A stretch of 58,313 nucleotides of DNA from Nemertoderma westbladi (lineage: Eukaryota > Animalia > Xenacoelomorpha): assembly GCA_032718475.1 (NCBI GenBank), contig JAUCBJ010004126.1, positions 1-58,313 of the forward strand, in the 5' to 3' direction. The notes under the pieces are model-generated. The model ran no database searches, was not told the origin of the DNA, and saw nothing but the letters and a program-made list of their open reading frames with translations. Made by a program: the position numbers and the translations under genes. Below, piece by piece: positions 1 to 11,750 of the stretch (within the stretch, counting starts at the first letter, position 1; each line of letters opens with the position of its first letter).

Positions 1-304
1 ATTGAACTAACTGCTAACAGCCTAATCGATTCTCGCCTGCCATATACGGTATTGTTTAACGGGTATGCAGAAAAATAGTATACATTGCTTCAGTAATTAT
101 TGTTATTAAGTTGCTTGAGTTACATTAACGTTAGTTAGTTGAGTTACATATAGTTACGGTAGAGCGTTGTGTCTCAGCTTGACATACAGACATATGTAAT
201 ATAAACTACAGCACTAGGCCTAACATGATAATGAAATGAATACGATGATAGGTGATACACATAAAGACAATAATTACCGGTAGCACCGAGACATAAGTAA
301 GTAA

Positions 305-327
305 CCGGAAGTTGCCAAAATGGCTGC
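305..327 (+). promoter_or_regulatory. Adjacent ETS-like (CCGGAAGT) and YY1-like (CCAAAATGGCTGC) motifs
   Basis: CCGGAAGT at 305-312 and CCAAAATGGCTGC at 315-327; no downstream gene identified, so function is unproven. Confidence 0.2.
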
Positions 328-1581
328 TTGATAATAATTACGTCATGTTAAATGTTAATATTGTATAAAGATTTGGACCGATAAATAAGGGGGGAAACGA
401 GGGGGAACGAGGTCTGCTGCAACAGGAGGCAGAGAGATGTGCGCGGGAGAAAGCGATGGAGGAGGAAATCGAAATGTTGCAGGGAATGTTGGAGATGTTG
501 GATGGGGTGGCGAAGACAATGATGTGGCGGATTAAGAAGAAGATTGGACAGATGGTGATAGCGGGATAAACGGGTGAGGTGGTGGGAGAAATTTTTAAAT
601 AGAAGCGGTGACGGATTTAAGTAAAATAATCAAATTAAAATAATAATATTATAAATACTATAACCTTACTTCGCCGTAGCTCGCCCCCCACAACTCGTTA
701 ATGGTACCCATATGCTAAGGCTTCACTCGCTTCATGGCTCGCCCTATTTTTTTCATCAAATCATGGAATAACCGAGTTATTAGCAATCAAAAATTTATGA
801 CGGCGGCAGACGACGATAAGACAACTCGCCAATGAAAGGCTTCCATCTGTTGACTGGTCTTATACCACATTTGTTACATATACACAGTGGTGACATATGT
901 TACATGTGCACAATGGTAATCATAGTAAGTGGGCGGGGCGACACAATTAACCGAAGCCAGTCTGTGCGCGATTATTCACCCACAGTTAAGGGAGACTGGA
1001 TTCGGGTGCTTTGAAAGTTATTGCAATGTAGACCTACTGTATTATTCGATTGATCGTTACTATATAATCTCTTACAATATATTTACTTTCGGGGAAATAT
1101 TAACAGTTTCTTTAGGACGTGGCGCTTTAAGTATAAAAACAGAGTTATGACTTATACTAATCACAACGAGAGGGCCACAGAGTTTCGTAAATAGCGCATT
1201 CTTTAGGAGATGCTTTATTATCTGTCACACTACTTCACACGACTTCACCTACTTCGCACTGATCTGTCGACCGTCACTGAATTTGATCATATATAAGGAG
1301 GATCGCAACTGACACATGTAGGGATTATGAAATAGCATTTAATTCACACAAAAACCACTATAATGTAAGTTGCAATTGCTACCGGTAACCTGTTCCTCTT
1401 ACCTTCAGTAATCAAGAAGATTGGGGGTTTTATGATTATTTATCGGTATTCTCCAAAAATATCAGCAATATACATCAATATAACAACAATTAATAACAGA
1501 CCGTAAACAGAAGTAAAATAACGCGGTGAACGGTCAGTATGTGTTACGTAATGCATTGAGTTCGTAATGCATAGGTGCCGA

Positions 1582-1641
1582 GTAATGTTATGAGGCAGTG
1601 CATCAGGTAGGTGGGTAATGTTACGAGGCAGTGCATCAGGT
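1582..1641. repeat. Two-copy direct repeat, 33-bp period
   Basis: GTAATGTTA(T/C)GAGGCAGTGCATCAGGT at 1582-1608 and 1615-1641. Confidence 0.85.
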
Positions 1642-1680
1642 GGCAAGATAATAGATTTACGTTCTTATAATCAAAGCCAT

Positions 1681-4103
1681 CTAATGTTTAGGCCAAAGTC
1701 TGAAACTTCCAAAAACAGAAGTACAGAAGATTCCAAGCCTGTTCTGAGGCTCAGAAAGGTAAACAAAGACCGTAATGCATTGCGCGGGTTTCCATAGGCC
1801 CCTGTCCAACATAAAGTGAAAATCGCTCTGATTGGCTGAATAGGCAGAACAAAGAGGTTCCATGTCTACAGGAAATCAGCTGACAGAATTCGTCATCTGA
1901 GCTCCAATCTTTTAGAGTATTATGCGCATTGCGGCAAAAATGACTTGTTATGTCCGCAAAAGCTTTTACACCGCTCCCAGAAAAGGGATTTAAGTCTATA
2001 AAATATAAAAATCACAGTTTCTAAACTATTAGTCTTTCTTACGTGAATGGCGTTTACAAAGTTTTTTGAGGCTAGCAAGAGTCCTTTTCTCTTTGGGGCG
2101 AGCCACTTTACTAAGAGGGCTATAACTCCTGGGTGAAGGGTGCAATACGATTGCATCGGAAGGTTTAGGGTTACGGTCGGTGTATCCGCCGGTCGAGGTA
2201 CCCAGTTGATTGATATCAACCTCAGTGGAATGAGGTCGAACAACCTTTAGAGTGCGTTTCAGGACAAGTCACCGCGGGATTTATCAATGGTATAAACTTT
2301 AAACTGTTCGTAGGATCTTCCGGTTTCACCATATAATATTGAATTAAATTGACATAATAAGGGTGGTCTTTGATCCCATAAAATGATTTCAGTAAAGGTC
2401 TAGCGCATAGGTTGACCTCGTGTACCATACGACGGACAAGATCCGCACAATTGACCGGAGGTTCAACGAGTATACCGTCGACACGAGCGGCCTCGATTGG
2501 CGGACGTTGTAACATAGGAGCGTCAGCGATAAGATCTCTAGATGTTAAGTTGATATCAACTGGTTGGGGTTGTACGGTGGCGAAGAGTTTGTCTCCGAAA
2601 TAGGGAACCATTGAAGGATGAATAATGGTTTTGGAATAGAGATCGGTCATAAGGATTTGAGCTTCTGGCTGGGCTAAAGCTGCTTCTTCTCTCTCGTCCA
2701 TTTCGATATGCTTCTCCTCGAGCTGATTTTCCTCCGCTTGTCATTGGAAGCGTTCGTCCAAAAACTCTTGCAGAGAGTAGGTTCGTCCAAGTTCGGTCCA
2801 AAAACTCTTGCAGAGAGTAGGTTCGTCCAAGTTCGGTGTCTTCCTCGAGATTCTGAATTTCCCTATCGAACTGAGGTAAAGCTAATTCTTTTACCACTTG
2901 GACTTGCTGCTGCAATTTACGTTTATCTAAACAATCGTAAGTTCCTTTTCCGATCTTTTGCCGAATAGCGTCTAACGCGATTCGTACAACGCTCTCCTCC
3001 ACCTCAGTGACGGGTTGTATCGGGGTTAAACCGGGACGATTATACGGGTTGAACGGCGATATTAGGTGTCCGCGTCCCAATCCGGCTAGGTAGGATGGGC
3101 GAATGTCTAGAGAGCCCACTACCGGAGTGCCACCAACTAATTGTTCGGGTAACACTAGATCTTTGAACAGTGAGTACAGTTCAGGAGGATCCATCATACT
3201 ATTAGGATCAAGTGTCTGAGGTCTCACCAGGGAATGAGGAGGTCTGACCGAGTATTCCGGAACTCTGATCATAGGTTTGTTTAAGGATCGTTTGAGTCGA
3301 GCGAGCGTTGGTGATACATCGAACAAGTTTCGCTCGAAACTCCTGTAAGTATAGCGAGTAAAACTGTGTTTAGCTCAACGTCTCCGCGGATGTTTATGTT
3401 TTTCCGTTTGTTGGTTGGGTCTAGGGCATTCATCGCAATAATACCAAAGACGCACGTCTTGTAGGTGAAACGCGGGTGATCTTTCTCCAGTTTTACAATA
3501 TTCCTCCATCTGTTCGAAGCTATCTCGGACAACAGGTAGCGGTCGATCGGCGGTAAGATACATCATAGTAAAATAGAGTCGTTTGAGTTGTATCATAGGG
3601 TTATGATGTATACCTTGAGGATTTCGAGTTTCTAGATTTTGTTGACTGGCTACATTGATATATGTATCTCTCAATAATTCCAAATATTCGTTGAAGTCAC
3701 TGTGTTTATCTGGTTCTTCAACGTCTTCTCTTTCGAGTCGGTTTCGAATATAATTCTCATGTTCGATTCTCAGTTTATCGTTCCGACTCCGCTGGGTATG
3801 ATATTTAAATAGAACCATTTCCCTTTCGGTGTCTACATTGTCCGTATCGTGTAAATCGATAGGATGACCAGTAGTTAAGAAGTCCATATACGTACCATTA
3901 CGATGCGTATAGCGAGCGGTGAATTTTCTATAGTCCAATTCACGCGTGAGCTGTTCCTTTGACATTGGCTGTTCGATATAACGGCCATCGTCCTCCGTAG
4001 TGGGTTGACTAGCATTGCCGCTTATTAAACTATCAACAAACGCTTGCAATGGTAGGGTATAGCGCTCCCTGATACCAAGATCATCTTCTATCAACTCCGT
4101 CAT
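1681..4103 (-). pseudogene. Degraded coding region of unknown function downstream of BEL pol (candidate accessory ORF or ORFs)
   Basis: Chain of overlapping minus-strand ORFs (3375-4103, 3281-3532, 2556-3326, 2222-2701, 1920-2243) with protein-like composition; two of them fall into frame once a 40-bp duplication is removed; no recognised domain. Confidence 0.55.
2756..2837. repeat. Perfect 40-bp tandem duplication
   Basis: GTCCAAAAACTCTTGCAGAGAGTAGGTTCGTCCAAGTTCG at 2756-2795 and 2796-2835. Confidence 0.95.
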
Positions 4104-4925
4104 AGCTGCTATATGAGTTTATTGATATTATAATTAATTATAATTTAGGCTAGCGGTCGTCGCTGCCTCCCCCTCAATGCCCCCGGACAGCGCAAGATGC
4201 TCAGCGCTGATGTACTGTCGTCGCTGTGCCTCTCGCCAACGTAGTAGCTACACAACGACAACAATAACCAGCGCGAGTCACTCCACTGACCGTCCCAAGG
4301 GCTTAGAATTACTTTTGGTTCTTGCTACAGAGGCAGGGTAACTTTCACAACTGCGACTCGCTACTGTAAACACACTTTAGTAGTAACACTTACCTATAAA
4401 TGCACAAATTCCAAACACCTGTCACAAATTGTACACATTTGGGCCATTTGTCCATTAGTCAAGTGCCTTCCAGAATGCCACGTTATTATTATGTATCCCT
4501 GGATACTAGCAGGGTGCTATTTATTCCACATGCTATTCAATGAGGCAAGCTTTCTATTGTTCTTTTAACTCGCTTCTAATTCTAGCGTGGTTGTGGCTAT
4601 GGTGACATTATGGAAAGCTAGCAGTAGAATTAGGGTAATTCTCATGCACACAGATCTGGGATGCTATTTAATAGTAATTCTTTAATTGTCAATATTCCCC
4701 TTTATACATGATTTTATGAATTTTATTGGCTATTGACTATACATTGGAGATTCTCTCATACTAATATATTTAATAGGGTGAATCTCCGCTCCCATGATCT
4801 ATTAATTAATGGAATTTTGGGAATGTTATAAATTGTATAAAATGACAATTTATCAAATTCATGAGAGGATATGAATTTAAAATTATTCGCGTAAATTTTA
4901 TTATTTGACACTAAAATAGACACAA

Positions 4926-5255
4926 TTTTATTCCAGAGCATGTCTGGGGACTAGGATCCTTAATTCTAGGAAATTTGTCCTTTTAAGAGTATCGGTAAGT
5001 GCTACGATATCTTAATCGACTAGAATTTTAAAGGATCTGAATTTTAACAGATTTTGGATTTCTAGATTTTCTTGGTTTACAAACTCCAAACAAAATCCTT
5101 AAATATTTAATATTTAAGATGGGCACCTATTTATTCCAGAACTTGTCTGGGGACGTTAACCACTGATTCTAGAATTTTGTCTTTCAAGTATATCGGTGGG
5201 TGCCACGATATCTTAATCGACTAGAATTGCAGATGGTCAAAGGGTTAACAGATTT
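4926..5255. repeat. Diverged direct repeat, ~200-bp period
   Basis: TTATTCCAGA..TGTCTGGGGAC..TTCTAG..TATCGGT..GTGC(T/C)ACGATATCTTAATCGACTAGAATT..TTAACAGATTT recurs at ~4928-5055 and ~5131-5255. Confidence 0.8.
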
Positions 5256-5780
5256 ATTCTGCATTTTACGTTACTGTTAAATGGACATCATTCTACTATA
5301 TGTATTATTTAATATACGGTATGAGAGCAATATTGCAAGAAGCAATGTCAGTGAGAAGAGGCAAGTCGTTTCCAAGGTCTACCCAGAGCTTGGTTTAGCC
5401 GAGACACGAGGATCTGAACTTTGCATTCCTAATACTCTACTTACCAATAATACTTGAGTATAGTAGGAGCGGTATTGTACTTTTAATAAGTACGGACATT
5501 TCATCTTACTGTAGTCACGTATTTAAAATATGATATGGACAGTAAGGAAAGAGAAAAATAATTATTTCTCGCCGTTAAACTTAAATATATAATGCTAAGT
5601 AATTAAGTAATAAACACGAATATATTGCACTAATCTACTGAATAATCGCTAAAATAATATTCTACTAAATAAAATTAAAGAAAACGACTATAATAATAAA
5701 ATTACATAATAATACATACATAAATATAAAAATAATAAAAAATATAAAATAATGTAGTCACACACCCACTCCAGACGCTG

Positions 5781-6113
5781 TTATGTTGGGGAGTCCCTAG
5801 ATGTTTGTTGGATTAGGGAGGTGGTCGTGGGAAGAGTATCTTGCCTTCCATAGTTTCCTGATAGCTCTCTGTCTCTTCCCAGTAAACATAAACGACCAAC
5901 TGGGCGATTGAGTTGTTGCGTTTCGAATACAATTCCAGGTTTCTTAAAGTTACGTCGCATGACGACGAGTTCTACCGATCGCACTAAACCATCATCGGAT
6001 ATATGAGTCTTGATGATACGACCTGTCTGCCACCGCTTTCGTGGAAGATCTGATTCCACAATAAGGACCATGTCTCCGGCGCTGACGTTTTCTTGCTGCG
6101 CAAACCACTTGGT
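5781..6113 (-). pseudogene. BEL pol C-terminal post-integrase domain (DUF5641-like)
   Basis: GDMVLIVESDLPRKRWQTGRIIKTHISDDGLVRSVEL...RPVGRLCLL; frameshifted from the integrase ORF. Confidence 0.85.
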
Positions 6114-7385
6114 TCAAAGTTGTAGCATAGGCAAATAATGTTTTTCAAAATGGTCAGCGAAACAATGGGATAATAACTGCATGAGTTGCCAAGTTTGTCG
6201 GCAGTATTCGTCTCCGTCCGTGATTTCCGATTGTGGGAGCATGGCTACAGGTTTCTTCAGTAGGAAATGCGCAGGTGTTAGCGCTTCTAGGGAGTCAGGA
6301 CTCGATGAGACTGGCATAAGCGGTCTCTCGTTAAGATAGGCGGCGATTTCTTCCATTAACGTTCGCAAAAGTTCGTCGGTGAGATACGCGCGGCAAGGCA
6401 CTATAAAGTAAAATGCGGTCTTCACGCTCCTTATTAATCTCTCCCAACTTCCTCCCCACCAAGGGGCGTCGGCGGCGTTGAAGGTCCAGCTAGATGCTGT
6501 TACCCTTAGCTGATTGTCTACCTGTCTTAGGTTCCAATCTTTAACATAAGCTTTGATCTCATTATTGGCGCCAATGAAGTTCGTTCCCTTATCAGATCTC
6601 ATCGTGTTGCTAGTGCCAAAGCGAGCGATCTGTCGGCGTAAACTCAGTATGAAGCGGTTGGTAGATAGATCGTTCACCATATCTAGATGGATCGCTCTAC
6701 AAGTCATACAGACAAAGATGACACACCATCGCTTGACTATAGTCCTAGCACGATATACTTCAATAGGGCCAAATAAATCCACACCAGTATTAGTAAAGGG
6801 TGGTTCATAGAAGCTTACTCGTTCCCTAGGTAATTCTGCCTCTCGCTGTGTTAAAGGCCTACTGAATGCTTTCCTACAGGGTATACAGTTCCTAAGAACT
6901 TGGTTCAGAGCTCTACGGGGTTTATGGAAATAATAGCAAGTTCGAATTTCGCTAAGAACTCGTTCTCTACCAGCATGGTAAAGCCTACTGTGAACATCTA
7001 CAATCATCTTGATTTGTATTTCAAGATTTCTAATGAGTATGGGAAACTTAGTGTCAAAGGACAATAGAGCATTAGTTAGTCTCCCTCCAACACGTATTAA
7101 CCCATCTATCATTGTGCTAGAGAAACGATCCCTTAAGCGCATCTGTGGATTTCTCAACAACAGGAAATACTTATCGGAATCTTCATAGCATTGCAGGAGT
7201 CTCAGTATCTGCTTATTGGTTTCTTCATGCTCCTGGTAACTGATCTTCTCCGTCAGAAACCTATCCGACACTTTGTAAGTGGGCAGATCTTTGATAGCAT
7301 GGACCTTTTCAGATATTGTTGGAGTGGTATCATTAGCGATCTTTGTCCTGGAATAGTGATGATGGAAACATCTTTTAAGATACAC
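6114..7385 (-). pseudogene. BEL integrase (HHCC zinc finger plus DDE core)
   Basis: H-x4-H (VHSRLYHAG)...CIPC; catalytic motifs TGVDLFGP, RSDKGTNF and SWERLIR. Confidence 0.93.
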
Positions 7386-7656
7386 GACAGCCTTGCAAAG
7401 CCAATTCTAGGAGCTATAATGATTTATTGCTCTCTGCAGGAGTGGTGAGAGTCCTTGCGAGATGTCTGGTGTTCCAGATTTCCAGTCTCTTTCTCTGATT
7501 TCTACAACAGATTTGTTTGTGGCGGGGGAGTTTAGATCCACAGCGTCGTCCCCGGAGATGTGTAGTACAGACAGATCTATCACGGGTTTAAATAACTTTG
7601 ATTGACTCGTCCGGGTTTTAGGTTTGACTTTCTCTGCTCCCTTGGCTTGTCTAATC

Positions 7657-8400
7657 TCAGCCGTGGTGAGATGTGGGTGGAGGCCATTCATCCTCTTCTT
7701 TACTTAGGAAGTCGGGTCCACCTAACCAGTCTGGAGTATCTATCAGTTCTTGCGGGGTTGCTCCTCTAGAGGCGATGCCGGCTGGATTAATTGTCCCAGG
7801 GCAATGTCTCCATTGATCTACATTAGAGCGACTGAGTATAATGGCTACTCTGTTGGTAATGAAGACGCTGAACTGACAGACTTCATTGGTTATATACTCC
7901 AAAACGAGTAAAGCATCAGTCCAATAGACAGTTTTCTCCAGTGGATAGTCGATCTGTTCTGTTACATTCCAGCCGATGGCTGTAGCCTATAAAGCCGCCT
8001 CTAACTCCGCTCGAGGAACTCGTGGTTTGTTGTTTATCAAGGCCTTAGAAGTAACCAAGGCAACTTTAATTCCATCTGGAGTTTCAACCCTCAGGTAGGC
8101 TACTATACCTATTCCCATATCACTGGCGTCTCCAAACACATGGAGTTGATAGGACTACGTAGGGAGAATGTGACCAAAATATGAACGGGAAATCGTAAAG
8201 TTCTCGATGGATGGTAGAGAATCTTCCCATTTCATCCACTTCTTTAGTAGTTCTCCCTTAAGTGGATCATCCCACGAGTGGTTTTCAAGACACATTTGTT
8301 GCACTAAGCTCCGAGCAACCAATATAACTGGACTAATAAATCCCAATAGATCAAAATAAGTTCTCAGGATACTTAGACAAATCCGTTTAGTTCTAACTGG
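7657..8400 (-). pseudogene. BEL RNase H region, fragmented
   Basis: GFISPVIL, SWDDPL, FITNRVAII and WRHCPGTINPA...WLGGPDFL across frameshifted ORFs. Confidence 0.85.
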
Positions 8401-8401
8401 A

Positions 8402-9330
8402 TTATCTCGCTTTTTTTAACTGGAAAAACAAGATATCTCTCTCCGTGTCCCATTTTAAACCAAGTGTCTTGGTTTCCGGAAGATCGTCCTTGATGAGGTC
8501 CAGATCTTTAACACCTCGGTCTTCTACCAGGATCGATTCCTGAAACTCACGGGAGTTACTAGTGAATTTGGTTAGTCGAAATCCACCGCGTTGCAAGCAC
8601 TCCACCGTTCCCTTGGCAACATCAATGGCTTCTTCCACCGATGGGAGGGACTTTAAATTGTCGTCTATGTATATATCCCGTTTGATGTTGTCGATAACCG
8701 CTTTAGAGAAGGTGTCTCGGTTGTCATCAGCAGTGGTACGCACTACTGAACAAGCGTTCAAGGGGCTCGAGATGATCCCGAAAGCCTGGATGGTCATCCA
8801 GTACTCCACCAGTTTTAGGTTGAGGTCTCCTTCGGGCCACCACAGAAATCATAGGCTGTCTTGATCCCTATCCAGCGCCTTGACTTGTAAGAAGCGAAGC
8901 GGAAAGTTGTATCCGAAGCGAAAGCGATATAATATTGCCGTAATCTTATTAGTATTCCCAACAAGGATTGGAGTAGGTTGGGTCCCGGCAACAATTTGGA
9001 GTTCAGGGATTGACCCATGTAAAGGGCGGAGCCGTCGAACACTACCTGGACTTCGTTGGGTTTACTGGGTTTGGGAACGTAATGGTATGTTAGATAATAC
9101 GTTCTCTCTGTTATGGGTGTTTCTTCCGGTACTAGCTCCGCGTATCCCTTATCGATAAATTTCTTCAGCTGGGTTTTATACATTTCCCTGGCTGGAACGT
9201 TGGCCGTAAGACGCCGATATAGTTGCGCGATTCTTTTTTCCGCTAAAGGTCGGTTATTTATAAAGTTGGGTTCTTGCCGTCTAAATGGAAGACCAATCTC
9301 ATAGCGATCTTCATCTTTCAGAAAACGGGT
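8402..9330 (-). pseudogene. BEL reverse transcriptase, frameshifted
   Basis: RYEIGLPF, YYLTYHYV, VVFDGSA, LNSKLLPGPNLL, FGIISSP, IYIDDNL, GGFRLTKFTSN, TLGLKWD. Confidence 0.92.
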
Positions 9331-9842
9331 AGTCGTTTCCTGAATCTGCTTGGCTCTCTCTTCCTCGACGGACAAGGCCTTGTCGTAGGAATTAGGCTCT
9401 ACGGCTTCTTGAGTAAAGAATCGTACGGCATGTTCATCGCGAATTTTGTTATTGTATCGATCTATCACTTCGTTTAATTCGTTGTTATATGTGAATTGTC
9501 CGCCATGTTGATCGATGAGATGGCACAAGTTTACTTGGTTTACCCAAGTTTGATTTTCGGTGAGGAGGTCGATTGTATTTTCCTCGTCATATAATTGGGT
9601 GATATCGTCATTGTCTGAGGTGTATGGTATTCCCTCAGTGGTGGTTTCTCCCTCACTGATTTCTTCTTCCCATTCACTCACCTGATGTATCCTGTCATTA
9701 GGGAGTCTTTCCATTAGGGTTCTATGGGAAGGTCCAGTGAAGTACCAACCTACTCTCGTTCTTCCCGTGTACGTTTGTAATGGTTGCGGTCGAGCAGGCC
9801 GTTTTTCTAAGGTCTCAAGCGCTTTGTGCACGTTTTGGCCGA

Positions 9843-10320
9843 TTAATATTTGAACCCCTGGGTAATCGGTGTTGAATCTAGGGATATCATGTTGCTGGGT
9901 AAAATGGACTTCATCCCAGTTGTAAGGCTCCACTTGGCAGTAGCAAAGTTCTTTATCGCCACCATTTTTACCGACCTTACGCTATGTTCTCCTTTGCAAT
10001 TTTGTTGACAAGCCGGCACAGCATTCTTAAAAATGCAGCTGCAATGCAGCATGCCGATCCTAGTAGTAGTAGTAGTATGTTCTCCTAGTTCATCCTGGGG
10101 AGTGGACAACGCACCCACATAGTAATCTGTAGCTACTGTGGATTTCCAAACCTGCATAATTCCTGAAAGGTTCAACTTAGTTCGGAACTTGGGTTGTCCA
10201 GTAAAGATGTCTTTGGCTAGTTCTTTGTCGATGAATGTACCTGTGCTGCCGGAGTCAAGGAGGGTGTTTACTATCAGACTCTTCCCTACACCGTGGACTC
10301 TCAGTTGCACCACAGGGAAT
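9843..10320 (-). pseudogene. BEL aspartic protease
   Basis: PVVQLRVHG...VNTLLDSGSTGTFI active-site motif. Confidence 0.85.
9983..10086 (+). mobile_element. 82-bp retroposed insertion (LINE/SINE 3' tail) with 11-bp target-site duplication inside the BEL protease
   Basis: TATGTTCTCCT at 9983-9993 and 10076-10086 flanks an insert that contains hairpins and ends in (TAG)5. Confidence 0.8.
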
Positions 10321-10538
10321 TCCCGGATTCAGACGTTGGAAGTTGGCGCTTTCCAAGATGGTTGTCGGTCCGGAATAGTCAGTCGAGGCTCTTCATTGTC
10401 GGTTTCAGTCTCATACGTAAGTGCTCGATACACCGCGGTGTTTATCATATAACAGGATTCGGAGAATTTGTCGGAGAATTTGTCCGTGTAGAATCCTTCC
10501 ATCTCAGAGCTGTGGTCAGTGTCGTTCACATCACTGAA

Positions 10539-10742
10539 TTAGACATGTAGTTCGGGCTCACATACCTGACTTGTTCGGGTTCTGTCAAATTCTGTGTACA
10601 GCAAGATATGATGTTTCACACCGCACTTAGCACACCTAGCATCTGAGTAACAGGTCCGCCGTTGGTGTCCTCGTCTGAGGCAATTATAACACAACCGCTT
10701 ATCCCATATGACATCTAGTCTATCCTTAAGGGATTTCTTCAA
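10539..10742 (-). pseudogene. BEL gag C-terminal zinc knuckles
   Basis: CYNCLRRGHQRRTC followed by CAKCGVKHHILL; sequence upstream of ~10775 is no longer gag-like. Confidence 0.88.
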
Positions 10743-11644
10743 GAATTCATCACACCACTCAAGCGATGTGGCCCGTGCCTATTAACGTGCCTATTAACCA
10801 CGTTACAACACAAATATACTGCCTACACACCAAATTACTTTCGGAAAGCACTGTACGCTAAACCCTAAATTAGGTACAAGTACTTATAAAACAAATAACC
10901 AGCAGTTAAATATACTTGTACAGCCAAAAGAACCACGGTATCTGCTGGAGTGACCGGAGCACAAAATCACCAGTCTTTACCTGCGCCAAGCAGCCCTGAT
11001 GTAGTACCGGGGTTAATTTAACTATAACGGTATTTATAACAAGCACAATTACTGTAGGAATAAACTTGGGGAGTTTGTGGTTGCGAATACTCGCATAGAC
11101 TCTGAATAATAAATATTACGCTACCCGTGCAGACTATACAAACAAAATACAGACCAAATGCTGGCAGACTACTGTCAAGCCTAAATAAACTACAGTATAT
11201 ACAGACTCCGAAATGGTTAGTTATTAGGCATTCTAACCGAGTAGTACAACTTATTCTTTCGGGGGGGATTTACCTTACAACACTGGATGCCCCCACCTTT
11301 CTAACTAGCACTTTATCGGACAGACACTCTACACACACTGCAATCGCTTCAGACCTAACAACAGCTAGACAACAATCCGGCCTACAAGTTATTTGTACAA
11401 TCTGAGCAGGCTTACACGCCTTCTGCTCAATATTATACTTATAGATAAATTAAACAGACAGAAATAAATAAGCTCTAAAAGAAATAAGGGGTGTACAGTC
11501 CCTACTCTCTTAAACAGCCTACCAATATACAATATATCACAATCGAAATAATACTAGTACCGGTTATATCCGGTTATAGTACAGAATATATTCTGCATAT
11601 GTGAGTTGTAGTTGTTGTATGTGCGCTGTAGCATACATAAATTA

Positions 11645-11750
11645 AGGATTGATAAAGATAACCATTGGCTTCCGAAACGTCTGCTAGGCCTAATTACCTA
11701 TTTTTTCATACCTGTGGCTGACAGTCCTTCCTTTGTTTTATCGTTTAATA
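11645..11750 (+). other. Degenerate minimal hammerhead-like motif, possible Penelope-like element remnant
   Basis: TTGATAAAG-ATAACCATTGGCTTC-CGAAACGTC resembles CTGATGA-stemII-CGAAAC-GTC with core mutations, followed by a T-rich tail. Confidence 0.35.

Larger units (their letters stand above)
5762..10775 (-). mobile_element. BEL/Pao (Belpaoviridae) LTR retrotransposon internal region, frameshifted, most of gag lost
   Basis: Domain order Zn knuckles-PR-RT-RNaseH-IN-C-terminal domain on the minus strand, with BEL-typical motifs (YEIGLPF, VFDGSA, LLPGPNLL, YIDD, WDDPL, WRHCPGTINPA, APWWGGSWERLIRSVK, LTPAHFL); several frameshifts and stops. Confidence 0.95.

Noticed and set aside
385-600. Purine-rich stretch with a short ORF
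   Set aside because: The ORF is under 40 codons, has no recognisable motif and another frame contains a stop; it cannot be assigned.
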